Source of the DNA: Verrucomicrobiales bacterium
GTDB taxonomy: Bacteria; Verrucomicrobiota; Verrucomicrobiia; Limisphaerales; UBA1100
NCBI GenBank assembly: GCA_005809105.1
Contig: SYLI01000055.1
Location: forward strand, 5,039-69,038
Reading direction: 5' to 3'
DNA: 64,000 bases
Part shown: positions 28,437 through 37,109 of the stretch, one piece after another
How the letters are laid out: each line of letters opens with the position of its first letter
Position numbering within the stretch: the stretch's first letter is position 1
Position numbers and translations under genes: made by a program
Notes under the pieces: generated by a model
What the model was told of the DNA's origin: nothing
The model's input: only the letters and a program-made list of their open reading frames with translations
Databases searched by the model: none

Positions 28437-29858
28437 ATGAACGCATCGCACGCCAGCCATCCGCCTGACGCCCCGCCCACGCGACGGGAATTTCTCACGC
28501 GCTGCGGCATGGGAATGGGATGGCTGGGATTGGCCGGAGTGGCGGCCGGAGCAGCACCCGCGGCCAGCCCTCTCGCATCCCGCGCGCCGCACTTTTTCGG
28601 GCGCGCCAAACGGGTCATCCATTTTTTCCTCAACGGCGGGCCCTCGCATGTGGACACATTCGACCCCAAGCCCATGCTCGCCCGACACGCAGGCAGGCCG
28701 CTGCCCTACGAAAACCTGCGCACGGAACGCAAGACGGGCATGGCGTTTCCCACGCCCTTCAAGTTCGCGCCGCATGGTGCCAGCGGGCTTGAGATCAGCG
28801 ACATCTTTCCCAAACTGGCGGCGCACGCTGACGAGCTGGCGGTCATCCGCTCCATGTACGCGCAGGTGCCCAACCACGAGCCCTCGCTCATGCTGATGAA
28901 CTGCGGCGACTCGGTGCAAAGCCGGCCCAGCCTCGGGTCGTGGGTCACTTACGGGCTGGGGTCGGAAAACCAAAACCTGCCCGGCTTTGTCGTGCTCTGT
29001 CCCGGGGGATTTCCCATCCGCGATGCGGACAACTGGACGGCGGGTTTCCTGCCCGGCGCCTTTCAGGGCACGCGTGTGGATTCGCAGCACACTGATCTGG
29101 ACAAGCTGGTGGAAAACATCCGCAGCCGGCACGCCACGGCCGAGGGCCAGCGCCGGCAGCTGGAGCTACTGCGACGCCTCAACGCCGAGCACCAGCAGGC
29201 GCGTGGCCCCGATGACCGCCTGGAGTCGCGCATCCAGTCCTTCGAGCTGGCCTACCGGATGCAGATGGAGGCCGCCGACGCCTTCGACATCACCCGCGAG
29301 CCTGCCCACATCCGCGCCCTCTACGGCGAGGGCGTGCACGCGCGGCAGACGCTCATCGCGCGCCGCCTTCTGGAGCGCGGCGTGCGCTTTGTGCAGCTCT
29401 GGCACGGAGCCGGCCAGCCGTGGGACAATCACGACAACATCGAGGGAACCCACCGCAAGCTCGCGCGGGACTTGGATCAGCCCGTCGCCGCCCTGCTGAC
29501 CGACTTGCGGCAACGCGGTCTGCTCGAGAGCACGCTCATCGTTTTTGGCGGCGAGTTCGGGCGCACACCCACGGTGGAGCTTAAGAACGACGGCCAGTCG
29601 CGCCTGGGCCGCGACCACAACCACTACGGATTCAGTGTATGGATGGCGGGCGCGGGCATCCGCGGCGGCATGGCGCACGGCGCCACCGACGAGTTTGGTT
29701 TCAAGGCCCAGCAAAGCCCCACGAGTGTCCACGACCTGCACGCCACCATCCTGCATCTGCTGGGCTTTGACCACGAACGGTTCACCTACCGTTACGCCGG
29801 GCGAGACTTTCGCCTCACCGATGTCGCCGGCAACGTGGTGAAGGAAATCCTCGCATGA
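28437..29858 (+). CDS. DUF1501 domain protein (Tat signal; partner of module 5)
   Basis: ATG lies 4 nt after the upstream stop. Motifs TRREFLTRCG, GGPSHVDTFDPKP, LGSWVTYGLGSENQNLP, PWDNHDN, GGEFGRTP, terminal RDFRLTDVAGNVVKEILA. Confidence 0.9.
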   Translation: MNASHASHPPDAPPTRREFLTRCGMGMGWLGLAGVAAGAAPAASPLASRAPHFFGRAKRVIHFFLNGGPSHVDTFDPKPMLARHAGRPLPYENLRTERKTGMAFPTPFKFAPHGASGLEISDIFPKLAAHADELAVIRSMYAQVPNHEPSLMLMNCGDSVQSRPSLGSWVTYGLGSENQNLPGFVVLCPGGFPIRDADNWTAGFLPGAFQGTRVDSQHTDLDKLVENIRSRHATAEGQRRQLELLRRLNAEHQQARGPDDRLESRIQSFELAYRMQMEAADAFDITREPAHIRALYGEGVHARQTLIARRLLERGVRFVQLWHGAGQPWDNHDNIEGTHRKLARDLDQPVAALLTDLRQRGLLESTLIVFGGEFGRTPTVELKNDGQSRLGRDHNHYGFSVWMAGAGIRGGMAHGATDEFGFKAQQSPTSVHDLHATILHLLGFDHERFTYRYAGRDFRLTDVAGNVVKEILA

Positions 29859-31945
29859 GATCGCTTGGCATACGACTTGGTGTTGCGTCCATGCGCTGGA
29901 TTTGCGGCGTGCTTGCCGGGGCGGCTGCGCTTCTGGTTTCCGAAGCGGCGGAACCGGATAAGGCCCGTCCTCACTGGGCGTTTGCGCCGATACAAAAGGT
30001 GGTGCCTCCGGAGGTGAAGCAGTCGCCATGGGTGCGCAATCCCATTGACCGGTTCATCCTGGCGCGGATGGAGGCGGCTGGACTCAAGCCCGCACCCTCC
30101 GCCCCCCCCCACGAACTGCGCCGGCGCCTTCACTTCGGCCTCACCGGCCTGCCGCCCGCGCCCTCGGCCACGGCCGCGGCCGCGGCAGACGCCGCGCTGG
30201 TGGACCAGCTGCTTGCGTCGCCGCACTACGGTGAGCGTTGGGCGCGCCACTGGCTCGACGTTGTCCGCTATGCCGACAGCAACGGGCTGGATGAAAACGC
30301 GGCGCACGCCAACGCCTGGCGCTACCGCGACTACGTGGTGAACAGCTTCAACGCCGACAAGCCCTACAGCCGGTTTCTCACCGAACAGATTGCCGGCGAC
30401 CTTCTGCCCGCCGCCGGCGCGCCGCAGCGCCATGAGCAAATTACCGCCACGGGTTTCCTCACCCTGGGCCCCAAGGTGCTGGCCGAGCCCGACAAGATGA
30501 AGATGGAGATGGACATCATCGACGAGCAGATTGACACGCTGGGTCGCGCGGTGCTGGGGCTCACACTGGGCTGCGCGCGCTGCCACGACCACAAGTTTGA
30601 CCCCATCGCCACGGCCGAGTACTACGCGCTGGCCGGCATTTTCAAGAGCACCCGGTCCATGGCTTCGCTGGTGACGATCGCCAAGTGGTACGAACACCCG
30701 CTCGCCACGCCCCAGCAGGCGCAGCTGGAGGAGAAGCACCGGGCGCTGGTCGAGGCGCAGAAGAAGGTGATTGCGGCCTTTGTCGAGAAGGCCAACCAGC
30801 AGCTGCTCGTGGACAAGGCGCCTGCGCCGCTGCCGGCCAAGCCGGAGGAGCAGTATGGCAAAGACACGCGCGACGAACTGGAGGGACTGCGCGCCCGGCT
30901 TAAGCAGATGGAATCGGGCGCGCCGCGAATGCCCAGCGCGATGGGCGTGGCCGACGGCGCCGCCACCAACCTGCCGGTGTTTCTGCGCGGCGACCACGAT
31001 TCGCCGGGCACGGTGCAGCCGCGGCGCTTTCCACGGGTCTTGAGCAGCGGGCAGCCGCTGGCCCTCGAGGGCAACGCCAGCGGCCGGCTCGAACTGGCGC
31101 AATGGCTCGCGGGTGCCGAGAACCCGCTCACGGCGCGGGTGCTGGTGAACCGCGTGTGGCGCTGGCACTTTGGCCGCGGCATCGTGCCCACCCCGGACAA
31201 CTTCGGCCTGCAGGGCGAGCCGCCCACGCACCCCGAACTGCTCGACTGGCTCGCGGGATGGTTTGTTGAAAACGGCTCGTCGCTCAAGAAACTCAATCGC
31301 CTCATTGTCACCTCGGCGACGTACCAGCAAGCCAGTGCCGCGTCAGCGGAGTCGCTTGCGCGCGACCCGGACAACCTGCTCTACACGCGCGCCCCGCTGA
31401 GGCGGCTGGAGGCCGAGGCGCTGCGCGATGCGATGCTGGAGGTCTGCGGCCTGCTCGACCGCACCGTGGGCGGCACGCTCTGGGAATTTGAGAACTACAA
31501 GCTGGTCTTTGACCACACTTCCAAGGACATGACCACTTACGAGACGCGGCGTCGCAGTCTGTATCTGCCCGTGATCCGCAATCATGTGTTTGACCAGTTC
31601 GAGCTGTTTGACTTTCCCAATCCCAACATGATGAGCGGCGATCGCGCCGCCTCGACGGTGGCGCCGCAGGCGCTGTACCTGATGAACAGCCCGCTGGTGT
31701 TGCGCGCGGCCGAGGCGCTGGCGCTTCGCCTGACGGAGGCGCCGCCCCAGGAGCGCGTCGCGCAGCTCTACCAGCGCGTTCTGGCGCGCCCGCCCACGCC
31801 CACGGAGTCGGCGCGCGCCGTGGCATTCGTGGCACGGTTTCCCGGCAGCCCCGGCACCACGGTCAAGGCCGCGGCGCCGGCACCGGTGTGGCAGGCGCTG
31901 GCTCAAGCACTTCTGGCGGGCAACGAATTCATCTACCTAAGATGA
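29855..31945 (+). CDS. DUF1549/DUF1553 domain protein (module 6, subtype A)
   Basis: ATGA start/stop overlap with the upstream DUF1501 gene. Sec signal. Motifs WLDVVRYADSNG..AGDLL, CARCHDHKFDPI, NPLTARVLVNRVWRWHFG, terminal LLAGNEFIYLR. Confidence 0.9.
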   Translation: MRSLGIRLGVASMRWICGVLAGAAALLVSEAAEPDKARPHWAFAPIQKVVPPEVKQSPWVRNPIDRFILARMEAAGLKPAPSAPPHELRRRLHFGLTGLPPAPSATAAAAADAALVDQLLASPHYGERWARHWLDVVRYADSNGLDENAAHANAWRYRDYVVNSFNADKPYSRFLTEQIAGDLLPAAGAPQRHEQITATGFLTLGPKVLAEPDKMKMEMDIIDEQIDTLGRAVLGLTLGCARCHDHKFDPIATAEYYALAGIFKSTRSMASLVTIAKWYEHPLATPQQAQLEEKHRALVEAQKKVIAAFVEKANQQLLVDKAPAPLPAKPEEQYGKDTRDELEGLRARLKQMESGAPRMPSAMGVADGAATNLPVFLRGDHDSPGTVQPRRFPRVLSSGQPLALEGNASGRLELAQWLAGAENPLTARVLVNRVWRWHFGRGIVPTPDNFGLQGEPPTHPELLDWLAGWFVENGSSLKKLNRLIVTSATYQQASAASAESLARDPDNLLYTRAPLRRLEAEALRDAMLEVCGLLDRTVGGTLWEFENYKLVFDHTSKDMTTYETRRRSLYLPVIRNHVFDQFELFDFPNPNMMSGDRAASTVAPQALYLMNSPLVLRAAEALALRLTEAPPQERVAQLYQRVLARPPTPTESARAVAFVARFPGSPGTTVKAAAPAPVWQALAQALLAGNEFIYLR
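30102..30110 (+). repeat. Homopolymeric C9 tract inside the module-6 DUF1553 gene
   Basis: Direct read: ctccg-ccccccccc-acg, which codes SAPPH. Confidence 0.9.
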
Positions 31946-33360
31946 GGGCTTACACTCAGGTGACCCGGCGGGAGGTGCTGCAGCGCAGCGCGCTGGGATT
32001 TGGCGCGCTGGCGTTGACCGGAATGCTGGCGGGCGAAGCCGCAGCCTCAGATCCGGCGTCGCCCCGGCGGCCCCACTTCCGCGCGCGCGCGCGTCGCGTC
32101 ATCTTCCTGTTCATGAAGGGCGGGCCCTCGCACGTGGACACGTTTGAGCACAAGCCGCTGCTGCAGCGCGACCACGGCAAGCCGCTGCCCTTTGCCAAGC
32201 CCAAGGTCACCTTTGCGCAGACCGGCAACCTGCTGGCGTCGCCCTGGAAATTCCGCGAGCACGGCCAGTGCGGGCACCGCGTGAGCGAGCTATTTCCCCA
32301 CGTGGCCCGGCACGTGGATGAGCTGTGCTTTCTGCATTCCATGCACGGCACCAACCCCGCCCACGGCGGCGCGCTGCTCAAGCTGCACACGGGCAGCGAT
32401 AACTTTGTCCGTCCCAGCATGGGAGCCTGGGTGGCCTACGGACTGGGTTCGGAGAACTCCGGGCTGCCGGCTTTTCTCACCATCTGCCCCACGCTGGCGC
32501 ACGGCGGGGTTCTCAATTGGGGCGCGGCGTTTCTTCCGCCGCACTACGCGGGCACGCCCATGGGCAACGCGAGCATCGCCGCTCGTGAAGCACAAGTGAG
32601 GCACATTAAGAGTGCCAACTGGACGCCCGAACAACAGCGGCTGCAACTGGACTTACTGGAACAGATGAACCGCGGACACATGGCTGCGGGCCCGGCCGAT
32701 CCGGTGGCGGCGGGCGCGCTGGAGAGTCGCATTGCCTCGTTCGAGCTGGCCTACCGCATGCAGAGCTCCATGCCCGAGCTCCAGGATCTCTCCGGTGAAA
32801 CCGAAGCCACGCGCCAGCTCTACGGCATGGACAATCCGGTGACGGAAAATTTTGGCCGGCAATGCCTCATGGCGCGGCGATTTGCCGAGAGGGGCGTGCG
32901 ATTCGTGCAGGTGACGCACAGCGACAACAAGGTGCAATGGGATCAGCACGGCGACCTGCGCAAGGGACACACCGAGAAGGCCGCCGAGGTGGACAAGCCC
33001 ATCGCCGGCCTGCTGACGGACCTCAAGGCGCGCGGGCTGCTCGAGGACACCCTCGTGATCTGGAGCGGCGAATTTGGCCGCACCCCCACCGTGCAGGGCA
33101 CGACCGACGGGCGCGATCACAATCCCTGGGGCTTCACGGCGTGGCTGGCTGGCGGCGGGGTCAAGCCCGGGTTTCGCTATGGCGCCACGGACGATTACGG
33201 TTTTTACGCCGAGCGCGAGCGCCTGCATGTGCATGACTTCCACGCCACGATCCTGCACCTGCTGGGCATTGACCACGAGCGCCTCACCTTCCGGCACAGC
33301 GGGCGCAATTTCCGTCTCACGGATGTTTCCGGCTACGTCGCCAAGGCCATCCTGGCTTGA
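31942..33360 (+). CDS. DUF1501 domain protein (Tat signal; partner of module 6)
   Basis: ATGA overlap with the upstream gene. Motifs TRREVLQRSA, GGPSHVDTFEHKP, MGAWVAYGLGSENSGLP, QWDQHGD, SGEFGRTP, terminal RNFRLTDVSGYVAKAILA. Confidence 0.9.
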   Translation: MRAYTQVTRREVLQRSALGFGALALTGMLAGEAAASDPASPRRPHFRARARRVIFLFMKGGPSHVDTFEHKPLLQRDHGKPLPFAKPKVTFAQTGNLLASPWKFREHGQCGHRVSELFPHVARHVDELCFLHSMHGTNPAHGGALLKLHTGSDNFVRPSMGAWVAYGLGSENSGLPAFLTICPTLAHGGVLNWGAAFLPPHYAGTPMGNASIAAREAQVRHIKSANWTPEQQRLQLDLLEQMNRGHMAAGPADPVAAGALESRIASFELAYRMQSSMPELQDLSGETEATRQLYGMDNPVTENFGRQCLMARRFAERGVRFVQVTHSDNKVQWDQHGDLRKGHTEKAAEVDKPIAGLLTDLKARGLLEDTLVIWSGEFGRTPTVQGTTDGRDHNPWGFTAWLAGGGVKPGFRYGATDDYGFYAERERLHVHDFHATILHLLGIDHERLTFRHSGRNFRLTDVSGYVAKAILA

Positions 33361-33389
33361 GGCGGGCGGCGGTCAACGGGAATGGAATC

Positions 33390-34523
33390 TTAATCCAGAA
33401 GCGGCTCGCCACGGGTGTAGCGGCGCAGGGCTTCGCGGTTGAGTTTCAGGCCCAAGCCGGGTGTTTCGGGTATGGCCAGCATGCCTTCGGAGTCGAGCCG
33501 CCAGCTCCCCTCGGTAATGTCGTCGATGAACGCGGAGCCGGTGAGGTATTCCACCATGTCGGTGCCGGCGAAGGCCGAGGCCAGATGGAGGTCGGCGGCC
33601 AGTCCCGCGGCCGTATTCCACCCGTGGGGGATGAACCGGACGCCGTGCTCCTGGGCCATCCAGGCAATGCGCCGCTCCTCGCTGATGCCGCCAACCTTGG
33701 TGACATCGGGCTGCACGATGTCCAGCGCGCGGGCCTGCAACCACGGCTGAAAGGCCTGGCGCCGGGTGAGCACTTCGCCGCCGGCAATCTGCACGGGCGA
33801 ATGTTCGCGCAGCCGGACATGATCCTCAAGGGCGTCGGGCGGCAGCGCCTCCTCGAACCAGTGCACGCCGTATCCGGAGAGCATGTGCGCGGTGTTTAAC
33901 GCCCACTTGTAGCCCTGCGGCCAAAACGCGTCGCTGGCGCCGGCGTCCACCATGAGCCGGCACTCGTCGCCCACGGCCTCGCGCGCGGCGCGCACGATGG
34001 CCTCGTCGGTGGCGCAGTTGCGCCGGCCAAAGGGGCCCCAGCCGATTTTGAAGGCCCGGAAACCCTGTGCCTTGACGGCGAGCAGGCGGTCGCGGAGCAC
34101 GCCCGGCTCGTCCATCAGAAGCGAGGCGTAGGGCTGGACACGGTCGCGATAGCGGCCCCCCAGCAGACGGCCGACCGGCTGGCCCGTGGCCTGGCCCAGC
34201 AGATCCCACAGCGCGATGTCCACACCGCTGATGGCGTGGGTGATGCTGCCGCCGCGTCCCAGCCAGAACATGTGAGCGTGCAGTTTTTCAGACACGCGCT
34301 CGGGCTCCAACGCGTTCTCGCCTTTGTAGAGAGGCTCCAGCACCGCAAGGGCCGCGCGCACCAAGGCGTCGTTGGTGAACACACTGCCCAGGCCCACCGC
34401 GCCCTCATTGGTATGCACGGCCACCAGCGTATGCACGCAATCCTCCGGACGCAGTTCGTTGCTCCAGCCGCCCTCGGGAGTGGCGCCGCGCAGTCCGGCG
34501 CAGCGAATTTCGCGAATCTTCAT
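33390..34523 (-). CDS. Enolase-superfamily (mandelate racemase/muconate lactonizing enzyme family) dehydratase-like protein
   Basis: Begins MKIREIR. Motifs DIALWDLLGQATGQPVGRLLGG, MVDAGAS, WFEEALPPD, DIVQPDVTKVGGISE. The track ORF is trimmed to the ATG at 34523. Confidence 0.85.
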   Translation of the reverse strand: MKIREIRCAGLRGATPEGGWSNELRPEDCVHTLVAVHTNEGAVGLGSVFTNDALVRAALAVLEPLYKGENALEPERVSEKLHAHMFWLGRGGSITHAISGVDIALWDLLGQATGQPVGRLLGGRYRDRVQPYASLLMDEPGVLRDRLLAVKAQGFRAFKIGWGPFGRRNCATDEAIVRAAREAVGDECRLMVDAGASDAFWPQGYKWALNTAHMLSGYGVHWFEEALPPDALEDHVRLREHSPVQIAGGEVLTRRQAFQPWLQARALDIVQPDVTKVGGISEERRIAWMAQEHGVRFIPHGWNTAAGLAADLHLASAFAGTDMVEYLTGSAFIDDITEGSWRLDSEGMLAIPETPGLGLKLNREALRRYTRGEPLLD

Positions 34524-34632
34524 GCGCCGCCATCGTAACCATCGGCGGGGCGCCCCCCAAGCCAAACCACGCCCGACGAATGAATTGAATTGCCTTTGCT
34601 CACACGGTGGTTCTGGCACATCCTGCCCAAAG

Positions 34633-37080
34633 ATGAAGGCAAGTGAAACCCTCCACGGCAGGCGCGCGGCGCTGGCCATGCTGTTGATGATGGGCGTTGC
34701 TGGAGGATTGCAGGGCGCGCCCGTGCACGCGGAGATTCAAAAGACGGCGGTGCCGTTCATCCAAAAGCACTGTGCGCAGTGCCATGGCGGCAAGGCGACG
34801 AAGGCGGGTCTGGACCTCGTGAAGGCCGACAAGGCCGATGAGGCCGTGCTGCGGGATCGCAAGCAGTGGCAAAACGTGCTGCGGCAAGTGGGGGCAGGAG
34901 AGATGCCTCCGGCAAAACAGCCCCGGCCGACCGCGGCGGAAGTGGAGCAGTTTGCGCGGGCCGTCGAGGCTGCCTTTGAACGCGCCGAACTGACGATGCG
35001 GCCGGATCCGGGCCACGTGACGATGCGGCGGCTCAACCGCGCGGAGTATCTGAACACCGTGCGCGACCTTCTGCACGTGGACTTCGACCCGACGGAGGGT
35101 TTCCCTGCGGATGAGATCGGGCACGGTTTTGACAACATCGGCGATGTGCTCACGATTTCGCCACTGCTCATGGAGCGGTACATGGACGCCGCCGAGGCCA
35201 TCGCGCAGCGTGTCATTCTGGAGCGCCCGCCCAAGCCCGCCATTCGCTACCTCTCGGGGCGGTTCCTGCAGCCCAACAACGCGCAGACCTCACAGGGGCG
35301 GTTCCGAATGATGGATGCCAATGCCACCGAACCCGTGCATTCCGGGCCCTTCGCGGCGCCGGGCGATTATCTCAAGTTTTCCGCCAACGATGAGCTCATC
35401 TTTCGCGCCACACTCTACGCCGAGCCGCGCGGCAAGGCGCCCGTGAGGGTCGCTCTCTTCCTGCAGGGAAAGGATCTGCCCGGACAGGCCACGGAAGCGG
35501 AACTCAAGGAGTTGATGGGCGCGGGCCTGCCCGGCATGAAGCCGATGGCGATCCTCAAGACATTTGAAATCACAGCGCGCGACGCGGCGCGGCCGCAGAC
35601 GGTGGAAATTCCCATCCGCCGCGTGGGCGGCATCAATCGCGCAGGCATTGCGCTCATTCGCCCGCCGGAGGGCGAGGCGCCCGCCAAGGTGTTCATCGAG
35701 CATCTCTGGAGTGAGGGCCCGCTGGAGACGCGCCCAGAGTCGCAACGAATGCTGCTGGCCTGCACCCCGGGAAAGCCCGTGGCCGAACAGACCCGCGAAG
35801 TTTTGAACCGGCTCCTGTCAGGTGCCTATCGGCGGCCTGCCACGGCGTCGGAGATGGACGCGATGGCCGCATTGGTGGCGCGAACAGCCGCCTCCGGACG
35901 CACCTGGGAGGCGGGGGTGCAACAGGCTTTGGTCGCGGTGCTGTGTTCGCCGAAGTTCCTATTCCGCGTGGAGCAGGATTCCCGCCCACAGGCAAAGCAA
36001 GCGCATCCGCTGGACGAGTATCAGCTTGCATCGCGGCTGAGCTACTTTCTCTGGAGCACTATGCCCGACGCTGAATTGTTCGACCTCGCAGGGAAGGGCC
36101 AGCTCACCGCCCAGCTTGATGCGCAGGTTCAGCGCATGCTGCAGTCGCCCAAGACCGGGGCGCTTGCGCAGAACTTCGCGCTGCAATGGCTTCAATTGCA
36201 GCGCCTCAAGACCGCCGCGCCGGATCCCCGCCAGTTTCCCGCCTTCAACGACGCGCTCAAAGAGGCCATGCTGCGCGAGACGACGCTCTTCTTCGGCGAA
36301 ATCGTGCGCGAGAACCGCACGGTGCTGGATCTCATGGAGGGGAACTTCACCTACCTCAACGAGCCGCTGGCACGTCTTTATGGGATCGCCGACACCGCGG
36401 GAAACCGGCTCAACCAAAAGAAGTCCCAGCCCGGCGGCCAGCCCATCCCGCGTGATGCCTTTGTGCGCGTCTCACTGCCGATGGCCGAGCGGGGAGGAGT
36501 GCTCCTGCAGGGCAGCGTGCTCACCGTCACTTCCAACCCCACGCGCACCTCGCCCGTCAAGCGCGGCCGCTGGGTGCTCGAACAGATGTTGGGCACCCCG
36601 CCGCCCGCGCCGCCGCCCGATGTGCCCGAGCTGGACCGCCAACAACAGCTCACCGGCACGCTGCGCCAGCGCATGGAACAGCACCGGAAAAACCCGGCGT
36701 GCGCCAGTTGCCACGCGCAGATGGATGCGATGGGATTCGCGCTGGAGCACTACGACGCCATTGGTGCCTGGCGAGAGATGGATGGCAACCTGCCGGTGGA
36801 CGATGCCGGTGCCTTGCCCGACGGGAAGTCGTTCGCCGGGCCTGCTGGTCTCAAAGCCCTGCTGCGCGACAAGCGCGAGCTGGTGCTGCGCAACCTTGCT
36901 GAAAATATGCTGACCTATGCGCTGGGGCGCGGGCTGGAATACTACGATGGCCGCGCCGTGCGGCAGATCGTCGCCACCACGGTGAAGGAGGACTTTCGGT
37001 TTGCATCGCTCGTCAGTGCCATTGTCCGGAGCGACCCCTTTCGTCTGCGCCGTGGATCCGAAGCGGGCGCACCTGAATAG
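34633..37080 (+). CDS. DUF1592/DUF1595/DUF1587/DUF1588/DUF1585-family (PSCyt3/PSD2-5 type) heme-motif protein
   Basis: Signal peptide. CAQCHGG near the N-terminus, EMPP, and a C-terminal CASCHAQMDAMGFALEHYDAIGAWR. The architecture is typical of the protein that pairs with DUF1552. The ATG at 34633 was chosen because the track start overlaps the divergent gene. Confidence 0.85.
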   Translation: MKASETLHGRRAALAMLLMMGVAGGLQGAPVHAEIQKTAVPFIQKHCAQCHGGKATKAGLDLVKADKADEAVLRDRKQWQNVLRQVGAGEMPPAKQPRPTAAEVEQFARAVEAAFERAELTMRPDPGHVTMRRLNRAEYLNTVRDLLHVDFDPTEGFPADEIGHGFDNIGDVLTISPLLMERYMDAAEAIAQRVILERPPKPAIRYLSGRFLQPNNAQTSQGRFRMMDANATEPVHSGPFAAPGDYLKFSANDELIFRATLYAEPRGKAPVRVALFLQGKDLPGQATEAELKELMGAGLPGMKPMAILKTFEITARDAARPQTVEIPIRRVGGINRAGIALIRPPEGEAPAKVFIEHLWSEGPLETRPESQRMLLACTPGKPVAEQTREVLNRLLSGAYRRPATASEMDAMAALVARTAASGRTWEAGVQQALVAVLCSPKFLFRVEQDSRPQAKQAHPLDEYQLASRLSYFLWSTMPDAELFDLAGKGQLTAQLDAQVQRMLQSPKTGALAQNFALQWLQLQRLKTAAPDPRQFPAFNDALKEAMLRETTLFFGEIVRENRTVLDLMEGNFTYLNEPLARLYGIADTAGNRLNQKKSQPGGQPIPRDAFVRVSLPMAERGGVLLQGSVLTVTSNPTRTSPVKRGRWVLEQMLGTPPPAPPPDVPELDRQQQLTGTLRQRMEQHRKNPACASCHAQMDAMGFALEHYDAIGAWREMDGNLPVDDAGALPDGKSFAGPAGLKALLRDKRELVLRNLAENMLTYALGRGLEYYDGRAVRQIVATTVKEDFRFASLVSAIVRSDPFRLRRGSEAGAPE

Positions 37081-37109
37081 ACAGCGCGCGGGCCGCTTCT
37101 AAACGAGCG

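Noticed and set aside
2900-31330. Many long antisense or out-of-frame ORFs, for example 2900-4618(-), 4679-6490(-), 6382-7812(-), 8272-9696(-), 11633-13111(-), 17484-18857(-), 25766-26503(-) and 29792-31330(-); also 45678-47636(+).
   Set aside because: Each lies entirely within a gene on the other strand that has clear family motifs. Their translations are Arg/Ala/Gly/Pro-rich with no recognisable motifs. They are shadow ORFs expected at this GC content.
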